Shown here one piece after another: positions 49,991 through 59,184 of a stretch of 64,000 nt of DNA (position 1 is its first letter; each line of letters starts with the position of its first letter). Under the pieces are notes generated by a model. It did no database searches. It had not been told where the DNA came from and was given only the letters and a program-made list of their open reading frames with translations. Source of the DNA: a candidate division FCPU426 bacterium (GTDB lineage Bacteria > Oederibacteriota > Muellerivitia > Muellerivitales > Muellerivitaceae); NCBI GenBank assembly GCA_963738405.1, contig CAVTWJ010000009.1, positions 96,001 to 160,000 of the forward strand, in the 5' to 3' direction. Made by a program: the position numbers and the translations under genes.

Positions 49991-50144
49991 TTTTCGAAAA
50001 TGGCTTTTAAGGGAGTATTTACAATTTATTCAGCCACCTGAACAAATTGTTTTTGCCGGAATTGCCCTGTCAAGGAAGGCCTTTTTGGCGGTTCGAGACA
50101 AAGGCAAGCCTTTAATAAGCCATTTCGTTATTAAGGATAAGGCA

Positions 50145-50375
50145 TTATCTTTTAATATCTTTGGTCGATGATGTTTCAGGTTTTTGGAATGTTTTATTGA
50201 ATACAGAAAGCCAAATTCGAGGATGTTTTCCCACCTTGACGGAGGGAAGCATCCCCATTTGCCGCCAATATTTAACTGTGTTGACGGGAACCTTAGCGAG
50301 ATCCGCTACTTCTTGTTCTGTCAAAAGGTAATCTTCGTGTTTCAACCGGGGGTCACCCATTACAGTTTTTTTCAT
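50145..50375 (-). CDS. HTH_17 excisionase-like protein, paralog of 26634..26891
   Basis: DYLLTEQEVADLAKV...VKYWRQMGMLPSVKVGKHPRIW.SVF...FQKP. Confidence 0.85.
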   Translation of the reverse strand: MKKTVMGDPRLKHEDYLLTEQEVADLAKVPVNTVKYWRQMGMLPSVKVGKHPRIWLSVFNKTFQKPETSSTKDIKR

Positions 50376-50540
50376 GACTGTCTCCTGTTTTTTAAAGTTG
50401 GGAAAACGGCCATTTTAAAGACCCCTTAGTTATTAAGGGTTTTGTGATCCCACGGTGCCTTTCCTCGTGTCATATACGTGTCATTCGGAGTTGTTTTGTA
50501 AGTTTTTAACAGGCCGCCAGAGGTCACCAACGATCAGAAC

Positions 50541-50583
50541 AAAAAAGCCTCTGCTCGTAAAACCATTACGGGCAAAGGCTTTT
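50541..50583 (-). terminator. Intrinsic terminator just inside the island end
   Basis: AAAAGCCTCTGCTCGTAA/TTACGGGCAAAGGCTTTT stem with a U tract on the - strand. Confidence 0.7.
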
Positions 50584-50640
50584 AAAAATGTGCTGGGGAC
50601 TGAATTTTTTGCTCGAAGATGTCGGTTGTGGCCTGAAAAA

Positions 50641-50681
50641 ATTTCAAGTCCACTGCCTTACCAATTAGGACTAACCCTCCA
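50641..50681 (-). repeat. att core repeat / displaced 5' half of tRNA-Ser(TGA)
   Basis: Identical to 25458..25498; ends just past the anticodon loop. Confidence 0.96.
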
Positions 50682-50690
50682 GCCGGGTTG

Positions 50691-50719
50691 ATTGTATCTG
50701 CTTTTCTTCCGCCTGTCAG
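50691..50719 (-). promoter_or_regulatory. Predicted native tRNA promoter
   Basis: CTGACA-17 bp-TACAAT with a GC-rich discriminator before GGAGGG. Confidence 0.7.
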
Positions 50720-50773
50720 GGTTGCTCATTGTACCCAAATTCATTTTTTCAACAACAAATGAATTAAAACGTC

Positions 50774-52606
50774 TTATTTTTCCAGATACCCTTTGAGTTC
50801 CCGGCTTCTGGAGGGATGTCGGAGTTTGCGAAGAGCCTTGGCCTCGATTTGCCGGATTCTTTCCCGCGTGACATTGTAAACACTGCCGACCTCTTCCAAA
50901 GTTTGAGTCCGGCCGTCGTTCAAACCGAAACGCATTCTGAGTATTTCTGCTTCCCTTTCTTTGAGGGTTCCCAGGACCTTGCCGATTTTTTCTTGAAGAA
51001 GCACGAAAGCGGCCGCGTCCGCAGGGGAAACCACCTGTTTGTCCTCGATAAAATCGCCTAGATGGACGTTATTGTCCTCCCCCACCGGGGTTTCCAACGA
51101 TACGGGGGATTGGGCGACTTTTAAAATGGATTGAACCTTTTCGATCGGCAGCTCCAAACGCTCTGCGGCCTCGTCGGCCGTGGGTTCCCGCCCTAATTCC
51201 TGGGCCAGGTCGCGTGACACCTTGATGAACTTATTAATCACCTCATTCATGTGGACGGGAATTCGAATGGTGCGGGCCTGGTCCGAAATGGCCCGGGTGA
51301 TGGCTTGACGCACCCACCATGTGGCGTAGGTGGAAAATTTATAACCACGCCGGTATTCGAATTTTTCTACGGCTTTCATCAGGCCGATATTTCCTTCCTG
51401 GATCAAATCCAAGAAAGAGAGGCCTCGATTGGCGTACTTTTTCGCGATCGAAATCACGAGGCGCAGATTGGCTTCCACCATTTCCATGCCCGCTCGATAG
51501 GATTCTCGTTCACCCTTTCGAATGTTTTTCATCATGGCCTTGATGTCCTCTCGGTCGGCCATGGTTTCTTTTTCGATTTTCTTGATGTTTCGGCGGGCCT
51601 CATCCCAAGCGAGGGCGGCGGCCAGGAAATCCTCCCCTTTGAGCGAACTCTTTTTTTCAATCGGCGCTAACCGGTTGGGGGAGGTTGATTTTAAAAGGCT
51701 GGGGAGCTTGATGTATTCCGCAGGCGAGAGATTCATTCTACTTTCCTGTTTGTGCATCGCGTGTTCTTGGCGGTCGATGTTGTCGCCTTGTTCCTTCATG
51801 CGGTCGATCAGGCGTTCACGCACTTTTTTCTGGAACTGGCAATCTTTCACTAGCCAAATCAGATCAATTAATTGAGTGTCCAATTTTTCGATCAGCTTTT
51901 TTTTCTTTTCAGGCGACAGGGATTTGAGCGTGGTCTGATGCTGCAACGCCTTGATTTGGCGTTCCATGATTTTAAGCTTTCCATGGTTTTTCTTAATCTT
52001 GTCCATGATCTTTTTTTCGGGAATTCCATCGGGAGAATCCGCATAGGGGTTTAAGTCGATGGTTTCCTGAAGGGTTTTTGTTTTTTTGATGATGGATAAA
52101 AAAAGCTCATGCAATTGTAGGAACCCTAAAGCTGAGCCAAGAACTTCTTTTCCTACCATAAATTCACCGGCCTCAATCCGCTTGGAAATGGAAATTTCTT
52201 CCGCCCTGCTGAGAAGAGGAACCCGGCCCATTTGATGAAGGTAGAGTTTGACCGGGTCGCCCATGCGCGATTCCGCACCGGATTCGACGAAGGATTCTGC
52301 CGGTTCGTCATCCTCATCTTCGTTTTTGGTCAGGGTGGCGGAGTTATCGGAGTCGGATTCAGATGCGTCATCAGTTGAAACGGCGGCTTTTTCCGCCCGG
52401 TTAACGACCTCAATGTCGTTTTCCCCCAGGGCGAGAAGCAGATGGTCGATCTCTTTCAGCGACACCACTTCCTCGGGAAGAATGTCGTTCACCTGTTTGT
52501 GGGTGACATAACCCTTTTCTTTTCCCGCCGCCAGGATTTTTACCAGATAAGGTGATTTTTTTTTCGTGTCAGGTTTGATGGGGATGGTCCTTTTTTCATT
52601 GATCAC
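50774..52606 (-). CDS. rpoD: RNA polymerase sigma-70 factor (group 1 architecture)
   Basis: Region 1.1, [38 protein letters not shown]. Confidence 0.93.
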   Translation of the reverse strand: MINEKRTIPIKPDTKKKSPYLVKILAAGKEKGYVTHKQVNDILPEEVVSLKEIDHLLLALGENDIEVVNRAEKAAVSTDDASESDSDNSATLTKNEDEDDEPAESFVESGAESRMGDPVKLYLHQMGRVPLLSRAEEISISKRIEAGEFMVGKEVLGSALGFLQLHELFLSIIKKTKTLQETIDLNPYADSPDGIPEKKIMDKIKKNHGKLKIMERQIKALQHQTTLKSLSPEKKKKLIEKLDTQLIDLIWLVKDCQFQKKVRERLIDRMKEQGDNIDRQEHAMHKQESRMNLSPAEYIKLPSLLKSTSPNRLAPIEKKSSLKGEDFLAAALAWDEARRNIKKIEKETMADREDIKAMMKNIRKGERESYRAGMEMVEANLRLVISIAKKYANRGLSFLDLIQEGNIGLMKAVEKFEYRRGYKFSTYATWWVRQAITRAISDQARTIRIPVHMNEVINKFIKVSRDLAQELGREPTADEAAERLELPIEKVQSILKVAQSPVSLETPVGEDNNVHLGDFIEDKQVVSPADAAAFVLLQEKIGKVLGTLKEREAEILRMRFGLNDGRTQTLEEVGSVYNVTRERIRQIEAKALRKLRHPSRSRELKGYLEK

Positions 52607-52947
52607 TTCACGGGGAAATTAAAAACGATACCCAACTCAGGCCAAACGAAAGAATCCTTGGCCTTGGCCCCTACCGTACTTCTTTTTTATGGGTACCTAG
52701 GAGGTCTTTTCTCCGCAATTCAGACCCCTAGGGGGGTCTCATCCTATAGAGGTTTGGCAAAACGTGTTGAAAAATCGAACTAGAAAGGGGGGTATCGGTC
52801 CATCTAGCAAGGTTTTCGTAGGGAAATTAGCCCTGTCGATTCAACTCGGATTGAAATTTAGGTATGTTTTGATCCAGTTCAAAGGGGTAAAGGGCACAAA
52901 AATGATGTCTCAAAAGGCCCAATTTAAGGCTTGCCCAAGGTGTTTAC

Positions 52948-53490
52948 TTAGGGTTTCAAGGGTTTGATTTGAGCCACAATGATGCGTAATTTTTTGGCCG
53001 CGTCAAAGATGCGGTCGTCCCGGTAAAACTCACCGTAATAAATAGATTTGATACCGGCATTGGCTACCATCTTGAAACAATTCCAGCAAGGAGACGCGGT
53101 GACATAGATATCAGCTCCGTCCACCCTTACCCCGTTGCGGGCCGCTTGGATGATAGCGTTGGCTTCCGCGTGAATCGTGGCCACGCAGTGATTGTCCTCC
53201 ATCATATGGCCAGCGTCGTCGCAATGGGGAAGGCCACGGACGCTTCCGTTGTATCCCGTGGAAAGAATGGTTTTGTCGCGGACTATCACTGCCCCGACAT
53301 GTTTACGGTCACAGGTAGAACGGGTGGCCACTTCGGTGGCGATATTCATGAAATATTGGTGCCAATCTACCCGGATTCGATGGGAAGGTTTGGATTGTTG
53401 AGTCTGTTTCATTTGAAGTGGGGAGGTGTTTCTCTTCCTTAAACGTTGGACCGATTTTTTTTTGAACTTCATGCGGATTTTTTGAGCCAT
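52948..53490 (-). CDS. dCMP deaminase (ComEB-like)
   Basis: RSTC, GYNG, HAEANA, PCWNC. Confidence 0.9.
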   Translation of the reverse strand: MAQKIRMKFKKKSVQRLRKRNTSPLQMKQTQQSKPSHRIRVDWHQYFMNIATEVATRSTCDRKHVGAVIVRDKTILSTGYNGSVRGLPHCDDAGHMMEDNHCVATIHAEANAIIQAARNGVRVDGADIYVTASPCWNCFKMVANAGIKSIYYGEFYRDDRIFDAAKKLRIIVAQIKPLKP

Positions 53491-53550
53491 AACCCCCTCC
53501 GAGTCAAAAGCTAAACTAATTTACCAAAATTTATTGGTTTTCGATCCTTT

Positions 53551-54462
53551 TTATAAAGGGTCAACCGCGAATAGGGCTAACTTTTTAACAGGATGCCAAT
53601 GATCCTTTGATTCGGCCAGCCGCGGCAAACCCTCGGCGTCGCCCGTGTTTACAAAAGAATAGCCTTCCAACTGCCTGCAAAGGGTTGAAAAAATATAAGC
53701 TGGAAGGCCCTTTATATGAAGATCGGTTACCTCCAAGAAAATGCCAAAAGTTTCCTTGTTCAATGGCGCTCCGGCGGTATAAGCGGCCAAGCGATTTTCC
53801 AATAACACGACCCAAGCGGACATGCCCCAGCTATCACCCTGCAAAAGAGTTCGCAAATGCGCCTTTTGGGCGGAATGAATCATTTTTTCTCCCATCTGGC
53901 CTTGAAGATTCGGAAGACGTTGTGATTTCCAGGTTTCGAACAGTTCACCGCAAGATTTAAGATCGGAAGATCGATAGGGTCGAAACAAAACCCTTTCCTC
54001 ACGCAAAAGGTGATTTGCCAGCGATCTTTGGGATCGATAGGAGTCACCTTGTAGTTCGGCTATTCGGGTACGTTCGTAACAATATTCGGTAAGGGTTGGA
54101 TGGACCGGATAGGGAGGGATATTTTGCAGATCCGTTTCGGTAAAACCTTCGACTCGGGAAACGCCCGCTCCGGGGCCGTTCACTTGAGCCATGTATTGAA
54201 AGGCCAAAGCCAACGACTCTTTTGTTAAGGGTTGGGGAGGAACGGGAAAATAAACGTTGGTTCCATAATAGGCTAGGATGAAATGGGTGTTTTTTTTAAC
54301 CGCCCAGGCATAGGCAAAGTCATCCTGCCACATAAGAAAGGAAGGCAGAGATGAACTCAGGGATGAAGCCGATCCAAAAAAGATTCCAGCCGAGTCCAAG
54401 GCGGAATCTAATGGCTCAATTCTGTCAAAAAAATCGGCTAGGGGTAATTGCAAAGAGGACAA
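53551..54462 (-). CDS. DUF2156-family (LPG-synthase C-terminal-like) protein
   Basis: EY.Y....L.G..Y...R..N; VN..D..GL..L..SK..W.P. Confidence 0.7.
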   Translation of the reverse strand: MSSLQLPLADFFDRIEPLDSALDSAGIFFGSASSLSSSLPSFLMWQDDFAYAWAVKKNTHFILAYYGTNVYFPVPPQPLTKESLALAFQYMAQVNGPGAGVSRVEGFTETDLQNIPPYPVHPTLTEYCYERTRIAELQGDSYRSQRSLANHLLREERVLFRPYRSSDLKSCGELFETWKSQRLPNLQGQMGEKMIHSAQKAHLRTLLQGDSWGMSAWVVLLENRLAAYTAGAPLNKETFGIFLEVTDLHIKGLPAYIFSTLCRQLEGYSFVNTGDAEGLPRLAESKDHWHPVKKLALFAVDPL

Positions 54463-54477
54463 ATGGGCCTCGAAAAT

Positions 54478-54509
54478 AAAAAAAGCCCCGGAATTTCCGG
54501 GGCTTTTTT
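54478..54509. terminator. Bidirectional intrinsic terminator
   Basis: AAAAAAAGCCCCGGAA-T-TTCCGGGGCTTTTTT. Confidence 0.85.
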
Positions 54510-54511
54510 GC

Positions 54512-55264
54512 CTACTTGCCTGTTAAGACTCGCGCGATTTCACGCCTCAAGCCGTAACTCAATCGGTGAGCTCTTGAAGGAGGACGGTAATTGGTCAAGT
54601 ACTGTGGAAGATTCGGCAATTCCACTACACCATGATCATGACTGACCACCGCCGAAGCGTCTCCCTGGGGATGGGCAAAGACCACCACGCCCTGAATCCA
54701 AATTTGGGAACATTCCTGGGCCCAGCGGGGAGGCAGGTTGGCCTCCAAATGGCTTCGTAAATGATAAATCTGGGTGGCGACCTGCTTTAGGGGGTTATAG
54801 AAGCCTCTCTTGTACCGTGACCGAGTCTTGCGGGCTCTCTTATGAAGAGTCCATTCACGATCCAGAACCTCCCCGGCGATACGGCCACGCAGATATTTGG
54901 TTTCGATCACAAACATGACGTTGTTGGTGATTAGAAGATGATCCAGCTCCCGGGCCTTGTCGCCCGATTGAAACTGCACCGAGTGAAGAACTTTCGCGTC
55001 CATTTGAAGGCCGTCAAGGACCTTGGCCGTCATGGCCTCCCCCTCGCTGCCTTCTCCCACGATCCGGCTGCGGTGTTGGGCGACCGTAAAACTCCATACG
55101 GCGAAACATAAAAAGGTAAGACCCAAAATAACTTTTAACCAAACCCAAGGCAAAAAGAAGAACGAAGCGAAACTCAACGCAAAGAGACTAATCGAAATCC
55201 ATCTCCAACGAGTCACCCAGCGCATCGCGCGGGGGGGTTGGAGCGCCCGCAATGTGGCGACCAT
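54512..55264 (-). CDS. NERD-domain nuclease-like protein with 2 TM helices
   Basis: G.EGE, ELDHLL, IETK, NPLKQ. Confidence 0.85.
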   Translation of the reverse strand: MVATLRALQPPRAMRWVTRWRWISISLFALSFASFFFLPWVWLKVILGLTFLCFAVWSFTVAQHRSRIVGEGSEGEAMTAKVLDGLQMDAKVLHSVQFQSGDKARELDHLLITNNVMFVIETKYLRGRIAGEVLDREWTLHKRARKTRSRYKRGFYNPLKQVATQIYHLRSHLEANLPPRWAQECSQIWIQGVVVFAHPQGDASAVVSHDHGVVELPNLPQYLTNYRPPSRAHRLSYGLRREIARVLTGK

Positions 55265-55268
55265 AAAT

Positions 55269-55793
55269 TTATGCCTTTCCCAGCGACAACTCCCGCACTT
55301 CCACCACCTCTTCCTGGTAAATACTAATGAACTGAGGATGTTTGAGGATCAGGGAGGATAGATCGGTGCTTTCCAAGTATCGCTGTATCCAATTCAAGTA
55401 ATTTTGAAGCTTCGCGGACACTTCGCTCCGCGACAGGGCCGGACATTTCGTATCAGCCCCTAACAAAACAGTCCGCTGGTCTTTGCTTTTCATCACCACC
55501 GCGGGGTACATCGAGCAATCCAAGGGACGGGCCTCGTAAATCTGGCACGTGTGATCCCCAGGATTAAAAAATGAGCATGCAAAACCATGCCCGCACTTTA
55601 CCAACTCCGCCTTGGAGGAAAGGCCCTCGGCCTTTTCGCGAAACGAGCCGCCTGATGGCGTTAACTCTACAGTCTGCCGCTCGACCGGGAAAAAAAAGGG
55701 AGACAAATCGGCTTTTTTTTCGGGAAACCTGCAACAGACAGGACACTCCAGGCAAATCTCACTTGGCACCAACTGAGGAGGCTGGGGAAACAT
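55269..55793 (-). CDS. YkgJ-family CxxCxxCC protein
   Basis: CLECPVCC...C..F...CQIYEARPLDCSMYP. Confidence 0.85.
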   Translation of the reverse strand: MFPQPPQLVPSEICLECPVCCRFPEKKADLSPFFFPVERQTVELTPSGGSFREKAEGLSSKAELVKCGHGFACSFFNPGDHTCQIYEARPLDCSMYPAVVMKSKDQRTVLLGADTKCPALSRSEVSAKLQNYLNWIQRYLESTDLSSLILKHPQFISIYQEEVVEVRELSLGKA

Positions 55794-55805
55794 GAAAACC
55801 TTGTT

Positions 55806-56015
55806 TTAAAGATTATATATGCCGATCCCGATGGTGATCAGCCCCCCGATAATCAATACCGGAGCCAAAGTCATGGAGCCCGTAGCCAAAAACATGTAAC
55901 CGGCGACTAAAACACCCACGCCCACTCCCAACGTTAACTTACCTGCACTTGACATACGGGGTTGAATGGCATTCATGGGCTTCATGTTTTTTTCCGGCAT
56001 GCGGTCTTCCTCCAA
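55806..56015 (-). CDS. Small 2-TM membrane protein
   Basis: GY.FL...S.TLAPVLIIGG. Confidence 0.6.
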   Translation of the reverse strand: MEEDRMPEKNMKPMNAIQPRMSSAGKLTLGVGVGVLVAGYMFLATGSMTLAPVLIIGGLITIGIGIYNL

Positions 56016-56113
56016 TGGCGTAAAGCGAGAGCATTGTACCAGAACCTCTCGATGGAATTAGGGGTTTCTGGAACCTACGGAAACGTGGATGGCTCTCTGC
56101 CTTAAGGTCATTC

Positions 56114-56917
56114 TTATTTTTTTAACCCTAGCTGGTGCTCTTCTGATGGAGAAATTTGTCTATGTTTCTCAAAAGTTGGCCCTTTTAGCCATTTTTCGAC
56201 TTGAAAGGCCCATACAATCCCAATCAGAAGGCTTGTTTCCAATAAGGCTTTGGCCACAATCTTTAAAGAGGCGCCTTTCGCTTTTCCGCCGGTCCTTTCG
56301 TGGTAAACGGACGGGATTTCAATAGGACAGCTCCCTTGAACCCCCAACTTAGCGCAAATCTCGCTTTCAATGAGTGAACTGTTAAGTTTTAGGTTGAGAG
56401 CCAGTAATTCCTCGCGTTTGTAAACTTTTACCCAATTGACGTCCCGCAAACGGATGCCTAAGAACCACCAGTTGACCATCCTGTTCATTCGAGAAAGGAG
56501 AATTCTAAAAAGGCTGTAACCCTGCTGTTTTTTTCGACAGAAGGACAGAAAGGTTTTAGGCCTCAATCGGGGGCGTGAAATCAGCTCGGCTAAATTAAAT
56601 TGTCCATCCGCGGGAACCACACAGACGTTTTCAAAACGGGAATGAAAGTATCCGCTTCGAAGGGCCGCGCCAATGCCCATGTTTTGAGGATGGAAAACCG
56701 CCCGGACGTTTGAATGCATTTTTTTAAACTCTCGGATGATTTTGGGCGACGCGTCGGAGCTTCCGTCGTCCACGATTAGGATTTCGTTTTTGCCTGGGGA
56801 TATTTTATTCAAAACCCTCAGGGCTTGATTGCCGACACGAAGAATCGAATTTTCTTCGTTGTAACACATGATGACGATGGACCATGTTTGGGAAGATTTT
56901 GCCTTGAGGGGATTCAA
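56114..56917 (-). CDS. GT2 glycosyltransferase (DPM1-like)
   Basis: YNEE, VDDGSSD, N.G.G.A, ADGQ. Confidence 0.88.
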   Translation of the reverse strand: MNPLKAKSSQTWSIVIMCYNEENSILRVGNQALRVLNKISPGKNEILIVDDGSSDASPKIIREFKKMHSNVRAVFHPQNMGIGAALRSGYFHSRFENVCVVPADGQFNLAELISRPRLRPKTFLSFCRKKQQGYSLFRILLSRMNRMVNWWFLGIRLRDVNWVKVYKREELLALNLKLNSSLIESEICAKLGVQGSCPIEIPSVYHERTGGKAKGASLKIVAKALLETSLLIGIVWAFQVEKWLKGPTFEKHRQISPSEEHQLGLKK

Positions 56918-56935
56918 TTTAATTCGATGGAATCA

Positions 56936-58042
56936 TTAATGAATTTCCGCCAGGCCTTTTCGAACCGCCACAGCCACCTCTTGGACCTGGGATGGTTTTA
57001 GTTCCGGGTAAAGAGGCAGGGAGAGGACCCTTCGGCATAGAGATTCGGCGACAGGGAAATCGCCGGAATGATAGCCGAGATCCGAATAGGCTTTTTGTAG
57101 GTGAACGGGAATGGGGTAATGGATGTTGGTTTGAATTTCTTGTTTGACCAGGAAATCGATCAGTTTTTCCCTCTGGTCGGTCTGGATGGCATAGACATGG
57201 TACACATGGCGATTGGGATAGGAAGCGCCCTTGATATGAAGTGTGCTTCCCTTGAATTCGGCATCGTATAGTTGTGCCAAGACACGCCGTGCTTTCGTCC
57301 ATTTTTCCAAATGGCGCAATTTCACCTTCAGGACGGCGCCTTGGAGACTTTCCATACGGTAGTTATAGCCCTTTAAATCATGGTGATATTTATGCTCGGC
57401 GCCCCAATCCCGGAGTATCTTGACGGTTTTGGCCAGGGAAGATTCATAAGTCGTGATGGCTCCCCCCTCCCCGAAAGCCCCCAGATTTTTTCCGGGATAA
57501 AAGCTAAAGCAACTGATGACTCCCATGCTGCCTGCACGGCGCCCTTTGTACTCCGCCCCGTGAGCCTGTGCCGAGTCCTCTATGACTTTAAGTCCGTGTT
57601 TTTGGGCGATCCCAAGAATAGGATCCATATCAGCGCATTGGCCGTACAGATGAACGGGAATAATGGCGCGGGTTTTGGGAGTAATGACTTTTTCGATTTT
57701 GTGAGGATTCAGGTTGAGGGTATCGGAATCGACGTCAACCAATACCGGCTTGGCGCCGGCGTATAGAATGGCGGCTACGGTCGCGATAAAGGTCAAGGGC
57801 GTGGTAATCACTTCGTCGCCGGGTTGAATCCCAATCGCCAGCAGGGCCAAATGCAGAGCGCTGGTTCCGGTATTAACCCCGACCGCATGCGGAACTTGGC
57901 AATACGCGGCGAATTGCTCCTCGAAAGCCGCTACTTCCTTGCCCAAGACATATTGACCACTTTCCAAAACGGAGAGGACAGCCGAATCCAGTTCAGGTTT
58001 CAAACTCTGATATTGGGCCTTTAAATCAAGATAGGGAATCAT
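56936..58042 (-). CDS. DegT/DnrJ/EryC1 aminotransferase (WbpE/GnnB-like)
   Basis: GTSALHLAL, PVHLYGQ, EDSAQAHG, SFYPGKNLG. Confidence 0.93.
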   Translation of the reverse strand: MIPYLDLKAQYQSLKPELDSAVLSVLESGQYVLGKEVAAFEEQFAAYCQVPHAVGVNTGTSALHLALLAIGIQPGDEVITTPLTFIATVAAILYAGAKPVLVDVDSDTLNLNPHKIEKVITPKTRAIIPVHLYGQCADMDPILGIAQKHGLKVIEDSAQAHGAEYKGRRAGSMGVISCFSFYPGKNLGAFGEGGAITTYESSLAKTVKILRDWGAEHKYHHDLKGYNYRMESLQGAVLKVKLRHLEKWTKARRVLAQLYDAEFKGSTLHIKGASYPNRHVYHVYAIQTDQREKLIDFLVKQEIQTNIHYPIPVHLQKAYSDLGYHSGDFPVAESLCRRVLSLPLYPELKPSQVQEVAVAVRKGLAEIH

Positions 58043-59066
58043 TAGGAATATTCGTCCCAGTCCAAGGAAACGGGAAGGCCCTTTTGAGCGATGGATTGGG
58101 AGGCTTTTTCAAGAATATGAACGACATCTAATCCAGCCTGGCCATCCGAAAGGGGCTTTTTACCTTTTTGGATACTTTCTAAAAAATAAGAAGCTTCAGT
58201 TTTCAACGCCTCCGTCGTGTCCAAGTGAGGAGTCCAAATATCACCCGCACGGTAATCCACCATCATTTTATAAAACTTTTCGGGCTGGTCCGAAATGACG
58301 ATTCCCTTGTCGTAAACTTTTATTTTTTCTGTCACTTCCACGTCGTCATATACGATCATTTTTTTATCGCCGCCGATGAGGGTTTGCCGAATTTTCACTG
58401 GTGCGAGCCAATTCGCATGGATATGGCCGATCAGGTTTTCCTCAAAAAAACAGGTCAGATAGGCGATATTTTCCGGAGCGCCGGACACATGGGAAATTCC
58501 CGTTGCCGCTACGGAAATGGGTTTTTTTCCAAGAACGAAGTTCATGATGGCCAAATCGTGCACCGCCAAATCCCACAGAACATTGACGTCATGTTGGAAG
58601 AGACCCAGATTGACCCGGATGGAATCATAGTAATAAATCCGTCCCAATTGATTTGTCCCAACCAGTTCCTTGATTTTGCGAACGGCCCCGGTGTAGATGA
58701 AGGTATGGTCCACGAATAAAACTTTTTTCTTTTTTCGGCTTCTTCAATTAACCGCAAAACCTGCTGACTGTTAGCGGCAAGAGGTTTTTCAACGAAAACA
58801 TGTTTTCCTGTTTCGAAGGCTTTCATGCACAGTTCAAAATGAGAAGCCACGGGTGTCGCGATGGCGACGGCATCAATTTTTGGGTTTTGAAATAGGTCAT
58901 GAGCATGAAGTGTGGTTTGAAGCGAGGGATACCGCCGCTTGGCTTTTTCCAGATTGGATTGCTTCAGATCGGACACCATCAGGACTTGGGCTCCCTCCGC
59001 CTCAGAAAAATTCCGGAGGAGATTAGGCCCCCAATAGCCGTATCCAATTATTCCAATATTAATCAT
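58042..59066 (-). pseudogene. Gfo/Idh/MocA oxidoreductase (WbpB/GnnA-like) split by a single -1 frameshift at ~58722
   Basis: GYGYWG...EKP in one frame; VDHTF...DLAVHD in the next; junction at A_AAA_AAG. Confidence 0.85.
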
Positions 59067-59184
59067 TTTGGGATTCGCTTTCCCCCTGTCATGGTTTAGA
59101 AATCGCAACAAATTTAAGTATATTAAATCTAGGGCCAGGACCTTTAGAAATCATCTTTCCCCTGCCGTGAATGAAAATGAAGTC

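Larger units (their letters stand above)
25458..50681. mobile_element. Integrative mobilizable element / defence island, ~25.2 kb
   Basis: 41-bp att repeats, tyrosine integrase, excisionases, relaxase, coupling protein, RadC, AT-rich defence cargo. Confidence 0.93.

Noticed and set aside
25458..50681. Prophage or self-transmissible ICE
   Set aside because: No structural, terminase or VirB4/mating-pair genes
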